Origin: Acidobacteriota bacterium
GTDB taxonomy: Bacteria > Acidobacteriota > UBA6911
DNA length: 64,000 nt
Direction: 5' to 3'
Assembly (NCBI GenBank): GCA_963664705.1
Contig: OY761556.1
Location: 2,176,001 to 2,240,000 of the forward strand
Positions 10,344 to 19,886 of the stretch are shown here, piece after piece (within the stretch, counting starts at the first letter, position 1; every line of letters starts with the position of its first letter). Made by a program: the position numbers and the translations under genes. The notes beneath the pieces were generated by a model that searched no databases, was not told where the DNA came from, and was given only the letters and a program-made list of their open reading frames with translations.

Positions 10344-10447
10344 GCGTGACAGGAAATCCAACAAGCTGCTTGAGTTTTCTACCCTGGAGCAATTAGAAAT
10401 TGCTCCAGGGTAAGAATTCCTGATTGCCTTGTTGAAACTTGTCATGC
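10344..10447 (+). other. Long stem-loop 3' of flp2
   Basis: Perfect 15-bp stem at 10380-10394/10398-10412, extended by CAACAAG/CTTGTTG and GCGTGACAGG/CTTGTCATGC pairing. Confidence 0.7.
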
Positions 10448-10578
10448 AATGCGGTAGATAAAGATCTTCGATCCCTAAGGGGTGGGCTAATCCCAAGAAT
10501 GCCACGTTCCTAGTTTCTCAACCGTGCGGGAGAGGGAGGGATCATTTTTTCCAAAATATATCCCTCGGGAGTGCCGAC

Positions 10579-11562
10579 ATGAATAGAAGTAGAATGCTGA
10601 TGCTTGCAGTTGTCGCTCTCATACTCAGTGTAGGCATTTGGTATCTAGCCTATGGCCTCCTTAAGGCAAGGCTCAAGCCGGCTGAGGTCACTGTTAAACT
10701 TGTAGCTGCATCCAAGAAGCTGGAACTGGGCGCCAAGCTGACAAAAGATGATGTTCACCTGGTAGATTGGCCCAAGTCGACACCCGTTGAAGGAAGTTTC
10801 AGCGATCCGGCAAAGGTCATTGATCGTGCGCTCATGGGAGCGGTACAGGTTAATGAGCCAATACTGGAATCCAAACTTGCTCCCAAGGAAGCGGGGGCCG
10901 GGTTGACGGCGGTTATCCCGCCGGGAATGCGCGCTCTCTCCATCCAAGTCAATAGCGTCATCGGTGTCGCCGGTTTTGTCATGCCAGGGTCCAGGGTCGA
11001 TTTGATTTTGATTGGGGAACCTCCGAGCGAAGTAAAGGGAGCGAGAGAAAAGGAGGTTGCATCCAAGATAATTCTGGAGAACCTGGAGGTTCTGGCTGCC
11101 GGCCAGAACGTGCAAAGGGACGTTGAGGGAAAGCCCCAAACCGTCCAGGATGTGACGCTTCTGCTCACGCCGGAACAGGCGCAAAAGGTTGCTTTAGCCA
11201 CACAGGATGGCCGCATCCAGCTTGCTCTGCGCAACCCTATGGATAAGGATGCCGCCGAACCGCCCCTGATCATCAAGTCCGCTCTCTATACAGGACCAAC
11301 GATGGACGTGCCGGGATCCCCCCAAAAAAAGATTGTCCCGACAGAACAGCCGGTCGTTGCCAAAAAAAAGGCGACAGTTGCTCATAAAACTGTTGCAGCT
11401 TTGAAGAAAACTCCACCCGCAGCGGCGCCCATTATTCAAATGCCGCCGGGAGCCCGTATTATATCCGTTGAGATAATACAGGGATCGAAGCGTTCGACGC
11501 AGAATTTCGAGGAAAAAGAATCTGAAGAAAAACGCACACCTGATCCAACCGAACACAACTGA
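10579..11562 (+). CDS. cpaB: Flp pilus assembly protein CpaB/RcpC
   Basis: N-terminal TM, SAF domain, IPPGMRALSI..GVAGFVMPGSRVD, VTLLLTPEQA and LALRNP motifs. Confidence 0.93.
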   Translation: MNRSRMLMLAVVALILSVGIWYLAYGLLKARLKPAEVTVKLVAASKKLELGAKLTKDDVHLVDWPKSTPVEGSFSDPAKVIDRALMGAVQVNEPILESKLAPKEAGAGLTAVIPPGMRALSIQVNSVIGVAGFVMPGSRVDLILIGEPPSEVKGAREKEVASKIILENLEVLAAGQNVQRDVEGKPQTVQDVTLLLTPEQAQKVALATQDGRIQLALRNPMDKDAAEPPLIIKSALYTGPTMDVPGSPQKKIVPTEQPVVAKKKATVAHKTVAALKKTPPAAAPIIQMPPGARIISVEIIQGSKRSTQNFEEKESEEKRTPDPTEHN

Positions 11563-11580
11563 TAAACGGGACAGGACACC

Positions 11581-13002
11581 ATGATGAAGAACAGACTCAT
11601 GTCGATCTCAAAGCTGTTGATACTATGGTTAGGGGTTGGTTGTTTCGGCGCCCTGGCGGCTGCGGCCGCGCCATTTCAGAACCAATATCCTCAAGTGAAT
11701 GTTCCCTCACCGGGAACGCCGGAAACCCTGCGTGTTTTAGAAGGGAAGTCGATGGTTCTGAACACCGGAGCCCCGGTAAAGAGAGTCTCGGTTACCAATG
11801 ATCTGATTGTCACCGCCATGACGGTCACACCGAATCAGGTATTGATCCACGGCCTAAAGCCCGGCACCGTAAGCCTGATATTGTGGGATGAGCAGGAAAA
11901 TGTCAGAGCCTTTGATTTGCAGGTTCAGGCAATTCCCGTAAACGTTGACCCTTTGCGAAATACCCTGGGGCGAATGCTTCCGGGTCAGAAGATTACTGTG
12001 AGCCTGTCGGGCTCGTCGGTGATTCTCACGGGTACAGTGGAATCTGCGGCGCTTTCTGACCAGGCGACGGCACTGTCAAAGACCTTCTCCCCGAACGTTG
12101 TGAACCTTCTCTCCATTCCCACGCCTCCGCAAAATCAGGTTGTCATGTTGGAGGTGAAATTTGCCGAAGTACAGCGAAATGCAGCCAAGCAATTGGGCTT
12201 AAACATTGTGAGCACTGGAGCCTTAAACACGCCGGGAACCATTTCGACGCAACAATTTTCGCCCCCCTCGGCCAGCCAGCTTAACTCGGCTATCGGAGCG
12301 CCGGTTTCGGGATTTTCATCCCAATTTACTCTGAGTGATCTGCTCAATATCTTTGTCTTCCGCCCCGACCTGAATTTGGGCCTGATGATCAAGTCGCTGC
12401 AGCAACGCAATCTTCTGGAGACACTGGCGGAACCAAACCTTTTGGCTATGGCGGGCAAGGAAGCCTCTTTTCTGGCTGGGGGCGAATTTCCGGTCCCCAT
12501 AATCCAGGGAGCCACGGGGACCCCTACCGTCAGCGTTCAATTTAAAGAGTTTGGAGTTCGACTCAAGTTCGTGGCAAACCCAAACCTGGACGGTACAATC
12601 AGCCTGCACGTTGCCCCTGAGGTTAGCGCACTCGACTTTACCAATGCAGTGACACTCACCGGCTTTTTGATTCCCGCGCTTACAACGCGTCGGGCGGAGA
12701 CGGATGTGCTGCTGAAGGACGGACAGACATTTGCAATCGCGGGGCTGATGGATAACCGCGTACAGAAGATTGACAATAAAATTCCTTGGCTTGGTGATGT
12801 TCCCATATTGGGAAATCTCTTTAGAAGCACAAATTTCAGCAAGGCAAAGACGGAGTTACTGGTAATGGTGACTCCTCGAATTGTCAAGCCATTGGATCCG
12901 GGGCAGGCTCTCCCGATGCCGGTCTTCCCTGTTCCTTTCCTTGACGAACAAAAAAACACCCCCCCAAACAGGGATTCGGCTCTTCCCCGCTCGCCGGGGT
13001 AG
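11581..13002 (+). CDS. cpaC: Tad secretin CpaC/RcpA
   Basis: Signal peptide, pilus-formation N domain, LAEPNL..GKEASFLAGGEFP and KIPWLGDVPILGNLF..ELLVMVTP secretin motifs. Confidence 0.95.
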   Translation: MMKNRLMSISKLLILWLGVGCFGALAAAAAPFQNQYPQVNVPSPGTPETLRVLEGKSMVLNTGAPVKRVSVTNDLIVTAMTVTPNQVLIHGLKPGTVSLILWDEQENVRAFDLQVQAIPVNVDPLRNTLGRMLPGQKITVSLSGSSVILTGTVESAALSDQATALSKTFSPNVVNLLSIPTPPQNQVVMLEVKFAEVQRNAAKQLGLNIVSTGALNTPGTISTQQFSPPSASQLNSAIGAPVSGFSSQFTLSDLLNIFVFRPDLNLGLMIKSLQQRNLLETLAEPNLLAMAGKEASFLAGGEFPVPIIQGATGTPTVSVQFKEFGVRLKFVANPNLDGTISLHVAPEVSALDFTNAVTLTGFLIPALTTRRAETDVLLKDGQTFAIAGLMDNRVQKIDNKIPWLGDVPILGNLFRSTNFSKAKTELLVMVTPRIVKPLDPGQALPMPVFPVPFLDEQKNTPPNRDSALPRSPG

Positions 13003-13315
13003 GAAGTTGTGCGATGCATAAATATGTGCCTTTCGGCAGACTATGCAGCGTAGGTAGAAGCTGGTTGAACCTGACCTTCTACGTTTCCCCAACAGACGAA
13101 TCGGTTAACAAAGAACACTACCCATTTGCCGGGCGATATTTTATGATGGCAACACGGTTGACAGCCGTATTCCCCGGGCATCCGAAAGACACCTGTAAAG
13201 CGGAAATTTCCTCAAAGAAGGAGCTATGCAGATGTCTTGGTTTTGGTAACATAAGCCTGGGATCTATCCGATACAGCTAGAGAATGGCCGAAGATTCAAC
13301 CGAAAGGAAGTACCG

Positions 13316-14494
13316 ATGACAACGCAGAAGCTAACTGTTGGAATCCTAGCCACTTTGCCGGAGATTCGCGACTCGCTTATTGGCCACATGGAATCAACAC
13401 AGCTCGGTGTTCTCAAAGTCGCGGTAGACGAGTATTGCAGCATCGAGGATGACTATTCGACTCAGCGTTTTATCGAGGCCAAGCCGGATGTCATTTTGGT
13501 GGACATGCAGGATCCCAGGGCTGCCATCAAGGCTCTTTTCACGCTGCATTCCGTATTGCCGGAAAGCTGGCTCTATGCGTGCGGAGCTCTGAACGACCCT
13601 CAGCTTATCATTGAAACCATGCAGGCCGGAGCCCGGGAGTTCCTCCCCAAGCCGGTATCCGCGCGCAGCATTTCAATGGCGTTCAGCCGCTTTATTGATG
13701 AACGCGACCGCACCCGTGCGACCACTAAATCCCGCGGGAAAATATATACCATCACGTCCGCGAAGGGAGGAGCGGGAGCCACCTCGGTAGCCGTCAATCT
13801 TGCGATGACTCTCGCCGGATCCAAGGATCAAAAAGTAGCGATTCTCGACTTCAATAGCCCGGTAGGAGATGCGGCATCCTACCTCAACCTTAAGCCGCAG
13901 TTTTCTCTTACGGATGCCGTTGCATCCGCGGCGCGCCTTGACTCGATTCTGTTGGATACATTCATGACAAAGGAAGGAAATGTATCCCTTCTGCCCGGTC
14001 CCAAGCAATTCAAGGGAAATTCCCTTCCGCCGTCATCTATCGCAAAACTGCTTCGAATTGTAGCGGGAACATACGGGCACACCTTCATTGACATGCCGTC
14101 CTCACTCGACCAGGAGCTCATTCAGGTGACCGCGGATGTCAGCGAGGCGGTATTGGTTGTGATGACTCCGGAATTGCCCGCCATATGGAGAACGCATCGC
14201 CTCATTACGCTCCTTTCCGGCCTGGGCTGTGCGGATCGAATCAAGTTGATCTTAAACCGTGACAACAGCCGGGATGAGATCACCGATAAGGAAATTTCGC
14301 GTGCGCTTCATCACCCTGTGTATTTTCGGCTTCCTAACAATTACGCCTCCGCAATTCAGGCAGTCAATCAGGGTAAGCCTATTGTGGAAGTTAACCACTC
14401 CAATTTGGGATCCAGCTATCGGCAACTGACACAGGAATTGACCGGTGTGGCGACACAAAAGCCGCGGCGCGGCTTTGCCAGGCTTTTTCTCTGA
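13316..14494 (+). CDS. cpaE: CpaE/TadZ (receiver-like domain + MinD-like ATPase)
   Basis: AGAREFLPKP receiver-like segment; deviant Walker A KGGAGAT; C-terminal amphipathic RRGFARLFL. Confidence 0.9.
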   Translation: MTTQKLTVGILATLPEIRDSLIGHMESTQLGVLKVAVDEYCSIEDDYSTQRFIEAKPDVILVDMQDPRAAIKALFTLHSVLPESWLYACGALNDPQLIIETMQAGAREFLPKPVSARSISMAFSRFIDERDRTRATTKSRGKIYTITSAKGGAGATSVAVNLAMTLAGSKDQKVAILDFNSPVGDAASYLNLKPQFSLTDAVASAARLDSILLDTFMTKEGNVSLLPGPKQFKGNSLPPSSIAKLLRIVAGTYGHTFIDMPSSLDQELIQVTADVSEAVLVVMTPELPAIWRTHRLITLLSGLGCADRIKLILNRDNSRDEITDKEISRALHHPVYFRLPNNYASAIQAVNQGKPIVEVNHSNLGSSYRQLTQELTGVATQKPRRGFARLFL

Positions 14495-14505
14495 GGTGAT
14501 TTAAG

Positions 14506-15792
14506 ATGATTGACCAGGGGTATCTCGATCTCAAGGAAACACTCCACTCAAAGGTAATCAACGAAATTGATCTGGAAAGCCTGAATCGATTGCAGGAGGA
14601 TACTGCGCGCGAACAGTTGCGACGTGTAACGCTGGACCTCTTGCAGCGCGAGAAAACTCCTTTGACGATGACCGAGCGGGAAAAACTGGTCACCGAAATT
14701 CTTGACGAAGTTTTTGGGCTTGGGCCGCTGCAACCGCTTCTTGCCGACCCAACGCTGTCCGACATTCTTGTCAACGGCGCTCACGAAGTCTACGTAGAAC
14801 GCCGCGGGAAGCTTGAACGGGCGAGCATTCATTTCAATGACGATGACCATCTCATGCGTATTATCGACCGCATTGTCTCACGAGTGGGAAGACGAGTGGA
14901 CGAATCTTCGCCGATGGTCGATGCGCGCTTGCGTGATGGTTCCCGTGTCAATGTAATCATCCCTCCGCTTGCCCTCGACGGCCCCGTTCTGTCCATCCGC
15001 CGATTTGGTACAGATCCGTTAACAGCCATGGATATCATGGAAAACGGGACCCTGACCATGGAAATGCTGGATCTCATGAAGGCGTGCGTTCAGGGAAAGC
15101 TGAATCTACTGATCTCCGGCGGCACCGGCGCGGGCAAAACGACTCTGCTCAACGTGCTTTCCAGCTACATTCCTGAGGACGAGCGCATCATTACGATAGA
15201 AGATGCAGCTGAGCTTCAGCTAAAACAGGAACATGTGGTAAGACTGGAAACGCGCCCACCCAACATCGAGGGCAAGGGAGCGGTCCGACAGAGACAATTG
15301 GTCATTAATGCGCTGCGCATGAGACCCGATCGCATTGTCGTCGGCGAAGTTCGCGGTGAAGAGGCGGTCGACATGCTGCAGGCTATGAACACGGGCCATG
15401 AAGGTTCGCTGACCACCGTTCACGCCAATACGCCGCGCGATGCCTTGAGCAGAATAGAAACCATGGTCTCGATGGCAAACCTGAATTTGCCGGAAAAGGC
15501 CGCGCGACAGCAAATTGCATCGGCAATGAATCTCGTTGTGCAGATCTCGCGCCTGCCTGACGGCACGCGGAAGATTATCAGCATCGCGGAAATCACCGGG
15601 ATGGAGGGACCGATCATTACCATGCAGGAATTGTTTGTGTACGAACGTCAAGGCTTCGACGAAAATGGCAAGGTTCGCGGCAGATTCAAGCCCACCGGCA
15701 TACGGCCCAAATTTGCCGAAAAGTTGTTTGCTGCCGGCATCCGGCTTCCAATGGAAATGTTTGCGGCAGAATCGATGGTTCGAGTACGATAG
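14506..15792 (+). CDS. cpaF: Tad assembly ATPase CpaF/TadA
   Basis: [31 protein letters not shown] and MNTGHEGS motifs. Confidence 0.97.
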   Translation: MIDQGYLDLKETLHSKVINEIDLESLNRLQEDTAREQLRRVTLDLLQREKTPLTMTEREKLVTEILDEVFGLGPLQPLLADPTLSDILVNGAHEVYVERRGKLERASIHFNDDDHLMRIIDRIVSRVGRRVDESSPMVDARLRDGSRVNVIIPPLALDGPVLSIRRFGTDPLTAMDIMENGTLTMEMLDLMKACVQGKLNLLISGGTGAGKTTLLNVLSSYIPEDERIITIEDAAELQLKQEHVVRLETRPPNIEGKGAVRQRQLVINALRMRPDRIVVGEVRGEEAVDMLQAMNTGHEGSLTTVHANTPRDALSRIETMVSMANLNLPEKAARQQIASAMNLVVQISRLPDGTRKIISIAEITGMEGPIITMQELFVYERQGFDENGKVRGRFKPTGIRPKFAEKLFAAGIRLPMEMFAAESMVRVR

Positions 15793-15812
15793 CAGCAATT
15801 TAAGGGGTTTTT

Positions 15813-16787
15813 ATGAACCTTGTAATTGTCTCGGCTTTGATTTTTATTGTTACGCTGGCTCTGGTGCTGAGCGGAATCTATTTTCTTTTTGAGGCTCCCG
15901 CTGAAAAGAGAAGATTGCGCCGCCGCATGGAATTGGTAAGAGACGATATCGAAGGCGCGGATTTTGAGGGAGAGGGCGGCCTGCTGCGGACTGATGTCCT
16001 CAGCGGAATTCCTGCCGTTCACCGGGTCCTGATGAAGATCCCGGGCATCAGAAAGCTCCAGTTGTTTATCCAGCAATCCGCCGTAGCCGTAACGGCAGGA
16101 ATGCTGCTGACAATTTCGCTATTATCCGGATGGGTAGCATTTCTCCTATCTCTACTCTTCAATTTCCCATGGCTTCTGGCTCTGATGCTTGGATTGCTGG
16201 CTCTTTCGATTCCGTTCCTTCTCGTGGCAGTCAAACGGCAGAGGCGATTCCTGCGCTTTGAAGAGCAATTTCCCGATGCAATCGACCTGCTGGCGCGAGC
16301 TGTTCGAGCGGGTCACGCATTCACCACCGGGCTCGACCTCATAGCAAAAGAAATGCCCTCCCCGCTTTCCGAGGAATTTCAGAGGACCTATGAGGAGCAA
16401 AACCTGGGGCTTCCCCTCCGGGATGCTTTTGAAAACCTCACACGACGGATGCCCCTGACCGACGTACGAATCTTTGTCACTGCGCTGGTTATCCAAAAGG
16501 AATCGGGGGGAAACCTGGCTGAAATCCTGGACAACCTGGCTTCGGTTATACGGGAACGATTCAAACTATTTCGTCAGGTTCGGGTGCACACAGCCCAGGG
16601 ACGCGCCTCTCTGTATGTACTTACGGCAATTGGTCCCGCAATGTGTTTTCTGCTTTATATCGTCAACCGTGAGTACATTACGGTCCTGTTTACCGATCCG
16701 CTTGGAATCAAGTTTCTGGTAACGGCTATTCTGCTTCAGGTAGTCGGATATTTTGTGATCCGGAAAATTACTCAGCCGAAATTTTAG
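15813..16787 (+). CDS. tadB: TadB (T2SSF family)
   Basis: FEEQFPDAIDLLARAVRAGH and GGNLAEIL motifs; follows cpaF. Confidence 0.92.
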   Translation: MNLVIVSALIFIVTLALVLSGIYFLFEAPAEKRRLRRRMELVRDDIEGADFEGEGGLLRTDVLSGIPAVHRVLMKIPGIRKLQLFIQQSAVAVTAGMLLTISLLSGWVAFLLSLLFNFPWLLALMLGLLALSIPFLLVAVKRQRRFLRFEEQFPDAIDLLARAVRAGHAFTTGLDLIAKEMPSPLSEEFQRTYEEQNLGLPLRDAFENLTRRMPLTDVRIFVTALVIQKESGGNLAEILDNLASVIRERFKLFRQVRVHTAQGRASLYVLTAIGPAMCFLLYIVNREYITVLFTDPLGIKFLVTAILLQVVGYFVIRKITQPKF

Positions 16788-16798
16788 GGGCTTGCACA

Positions 16799-17713
16799 AT
16801 GTATTTGACATGGATAATCGCTATCGCCGGAGCTCTGGTTTTCCTGGCCCTTTATCTCGCGGGCTACGCCTTATTTATGGCCCGGCCGAATATCGAGGAT
16901 CGGCTGAAGGGAAGCAGTCTTGCGAAACAGCGGCGGTTCGACTGGCTCAAGTTCATGCGGCGCTCGGAAAAAGTCCTGCGGCCTCTTGGAGAAATGATTC
17001 CGCGTTCCCCCGAAGAGATGTCCAGGCAAGAGCGGAAACTCACACAGGCAGGGATTCGAAGAAGAGATGCCCCCCTGCTGCTCTATGGAGTCAAGCTGAC
17101 CCTGATCGTACTGATGTTTATAGTATTTGCATCCATTGGCCCTGTGCGCTCCAACATTTTACTCCTGATTGTATTGCCCATATTTATCGGAGCGCTGATT
17201 CCCGATATGGTTGTGTCGCGCCTTGTTCAAGGTAGAAAAGAGAGTCTTCGTAGGGCGCTCCCGGATGCTCTGGATCTTGCCGTAGTATGCGTGGAAGCCG
17301 GACTCGGTTTAGATCAATCCATGGTGCGGATTGGACAGGAGCTTCGGACCGTATACCCTTCTCTGAGCGACGAATTGAACCTCTATAGTCTGGAGGTGAA
17401 CGCCGGCAAGAAACGCAGTGATGCCCTTCGCAACCTGGGCCAGCGCACCGACGTAGACGACTTCAAGTCTTTTGCAGCCGTGCTTATTCAGACCGATCGC
17501 TTTGGCACCAGCATCGCCCAGGCACTGAGAGTTTTCGCCGATACGATGCGCACCAAGCGAAGACAGCGGGCTGAAGAGCATGCGGCAAAAATGAGTGTGA
17601 AACTGATTCCGCCGCTGGTGTTATTCATCTTCCCTGCCATTTTTGTTGTTATGCTTGGTCCGGCCGTAATAGCAATAATCCGTGATCTTTTACCCTGGAT
17701 TTCGCAGCAATAA
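16799..17713 (+). CDS. tadC: TadC (T2SSF family)
   Basis: LPDALDLAVVCVEAGLGLD, RFGTSIAQALR and AEEHAAKMSVKL motifs. Confidence 0.92.
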   Translation: MYLTWIIAIAGALVFLALYLAGYALFMARPNIEDRLKGSSLAKQRRFDWLKFMRRSEKVLRPLGEMIPRSPEEMSRQERKLTQAGIRRRDAPLLLYGVKLTLIVLMFIVFASIGPVRSNILLLIVLPIFIGALIPDMVVSRLVQGRKESLRRALPDALDLAVVCVEAGLGLDQSMVRIGQELRTVYPSLSDELNLYSLEVNAGKKRSDALRNLGQRTDVDDFKSFAAVLIQTDRFGTSIAQALRVFADTMRTKRRQRAEEHAAKMSVKLIPPLVLFIFPAIFVVMLGPAVIAIIRDLLPWISQQ

Positions 17714-17730
17714 CCTTAGGAGCCTTATCT

Positions 17731-17823
17731 ATGGACACAATTCAGATTATCGCAGCCGTTCTTTTTGTGATCATTCTCATTACGCTCATTTTTAGAATCC
17801 GATCCAGAAAAAGTAAGTCCTAG
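17731..17823 (+). CDS. 30-aa single-pass membrane peptide MDTIQIIAAVLFVIILITLIFRIRSRKSKS (below the ORF-track cutoff)
   Basis: AGGAG RBS upstream. Fills the tadC-DUF192 gap almost exactly. One TM helix plus a basic tail. Confidence 0.7.
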   Translation: MDTIQIIAAVLFVIILITLIFRIRSRKSKS

Positions 17824-17833
17824 GGAAACTTGT

Positions 17834-18223
17834 GTGCCGGCAAGGTACCTGGCGATAAATAAAACTCAATGCGTTTGTCTTGCTTCAGAGGTGGAAGTGG
17901 CAGAATCCATCTTCCAACGCATGAAGGGACTAATCGGTCGTACAGCAGGGCAATTTCCAGCGGGATCCGGCTTGTGGATTTTGCCCTGCAACGGGATTCA
18001 TACGGTAGCAATGAAGTTTCCGATTGACGCGGCTTACCTGGATTCACAAGGCCGCGTTGTGAGGCTTTGCAGGAATCTATCGCCCTATCGTATCGCCGCG
18101 ATTTCCTTCCGGACACGGAGCGTGCTGGAGCTTCCGGCCGGGACGCTGGATGAGAGCAATACGAAGATCGGCGATTCCATTGAGTTTCAACCTGTCGCCA
18201 AACCACAGGAGCCCCCAAAATGA
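17834..18223 (+). CDS. DUF192 family protein
   Basis: VAESIFQRMKGL, IHT..MKFPID and VLELPAG motifs. Confidence 0.85.
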   Translation: MPARYLAINKTQCVCLASEVEVAESIFQRMKGLIGRTAGQFPAGSGLWILPCNGIHTVAMKFPIDAAYLDSQGRVVRLCRNLSPYRIAAISFRTRSVLELPAGTLDESNTKIGDSIEFQPVAKPQEPPK

Positions 18224-18492
18224 ATCCTATCGATATAATCCTGTCGGTACTGGTGGCGGTGGTTTGCGGAACACTTGGAGAACTGACCTACTCTCGCGCA
18301 GGTTGGATTATAAATGTCAGTATTGCTTTTCTGGGAGCACTTGCGGGAATGGCGGTCGCTCGGTCATTCAACGCTCCAACCATCTACAATATAACTGCGC
18401 AAGGGTCGGAATTCCCGATCATCTATTCACTTATCGGATCCGTACTTTTCGTGGCCGCCATAGGCTTTTTTATAAGGCCACGCCCCTCATAA
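18220..18492 (+). CDS. GlsB/YeaQ/YmgE (transglycosylase-associated) small membrane protein
   Basis: Three hydrophobic segments with G..GA..G and IIYSLIGSVLFV patterns; ATGA overlap with DUF192. Confidence 0.75.
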   Translation: MNPIDIILSVLVAVVCGTLGELTYSRAGWIINVSIAFLGALAGMAVARSFNAPTIYNITAQGSEFPIIYSLIGSVLFVAAIGFFIRPRPS

Positions 18493-18540
18493 CCAATAAT
18501 CCGGTGCAAACATTCCTTCGCCATCCATGGGAGCAAAAAA

Positions 18541-19818
18541 GTGGGAACACCAGGTGGAGAAATCAGGCAGTTATTCAGCGATGAAACCTTTTCACCAACA
18601 ATGCCGGAGCTCCTCGAAGACACAGGACTCGATTTCGGTTTTCTTGCCGATCTCACGCTGAAGATTATCTCCTCGGACGCAAACTGCACATCCGAAAGAG
18701 TTTCCGAAAAGATCAAGCTCCCCATGGGAATCACGGAGAGGTTGACGCATCACCTTTATAAGGAAAAATACATCGAGATTCGAGAACGGTCGGGAATGCA
18801 GTCGCAACGGTATTCCATATTGGACCGTGGCTGGGAGCGAGCACAGCGCCTGGTCACGGTTAACGGATATGTCGGCCCGGCTCCGGTAAATCTCGCGGAC
18901 TATTCGGCGGCAGTCCGGTGGATGGATAAACGCACCCGAACGCATCCCTCCGCCGTGATGCAAGCCTATTCGGATCTGGTTTTATCGGATCGTGAACTGG
19001 AAACGCTCGGGCTCATTGTGGACTCCCGACGAAGCTTGTTTCTAACGGGACCGCCGGGCAGCGGCAAAACAACTGCGGCAAAAGCCCTCCATGCGGCATT
19101 GCAGGGAGAAATCTGGATTCCCTATGCGCTGGAGGTTGACGGACACATCATACGTGTTTTCGATTTGCACCTGCATCGCCCTGTCGAGCAGCCAGGCGGC
19201 CGTTACGATAAACGCTGGGTAAAGGTGCGCCGTCCACTGGTCATTGTCGGGGGAGAATTGACCCTGGAATCCATGGACCTCATCTACGCGGGCAACCTGA
19301 ATTTCTATGAAGCTCCCTTTCAGGTAAAGGCAAACGGTGGAGTCTTGATTATTGATGATTTCGGCCGACAACGTATGGAACCCCACGACCTCTTGAATCG
19401 ATGGATTATCCCGCTTGAAAACCACGTGGATTATCTGACGCTTCATACCGGCAAGAAGATAGAAGTCCCCTTCGAACAACTATTGGTATTTGCCACCAAT
19501 TTGAATACTAAAGACCTTGTGGACGAGGCTTTCCTGAGGAGGATGGGCTACCGACTCGCATTCACAACTCCCTCGGCGAACACCTACTCGCTTATACTGA
19601 AAAAATACCTGGCTTCGCAGCAGCTCGAATACAAACCGGAAATTTTATCCTTCCTGCTGAATCGCTATGAAGGGGAGAAGCGGGAAATGAAGTCTTGTGA
19701 GCCCAGAGACCTGACCGAGCGATGCCTGGACATCTGCAAATACGAAAATCTACCCAGGGAAATCACGATTGATATTATGGAACGTGCCTGGTGCAATTAT
19801 TTTGGCATTGCTACTTAA
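18541..19818 (+). CDS. AAA+ ATPase with N-terminal helix-turn-helix-like region (Tad-locus associated)
   Basis: Walker A GPPGSGKT, Walker B LIIDDFGR, FATN and DEAFLRR arginine-finger region. Confidence 0.85.
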   Translation: MGTPGGEIRQLFSDETFSPTMPELLEDTGLDFGFLADLTLKIISSDANCTSERVSEKIKLPMGITERLTHHLYKEKYIEIRERSGMQSQRYSILDRGWERAQRLVTVNGYVGPAPVNLADYSAAVRWMDKRTRTHPSAVMQAYSDLVLSDRELETLGLIVDSRRSLFLTGPPGSGKTTAAKALHAALQGEIWIPYALEVDGHIIRVFDLHLHRPVEQPGGRYDKRWVKVRRPLVIVGGELTLESMDLIYAGNLNFYEAPFQVKANGGVLIIDDFGRQRMEPHDLLNRWIIPLENHVDYLTLHTGKKIEVPFEQLLVFATNLNTKDLVDEAFLRRMGYRLAFTTPSANTYSLILKKYLASQQLEYKPEILSFLLNRYEGEKREMKSCEPRDLTERCLDICKYENLPREITIDIMERAWCNYFGIAT

Positions 19819-19886
19819 TAACAAGTGAGTAGCTGAGAAAGATCCTGCCCAGTTATTTCGCCCTCTCAGCTAAAAGATTGCAATCT

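Noticed and set aside
9713-10578. c-di-GMP-I riboswitch near the pilin genes
   Set aside because: I could not find the GGCAAA..GAAA..GACGCAAA core; the hairpins are reported separately.
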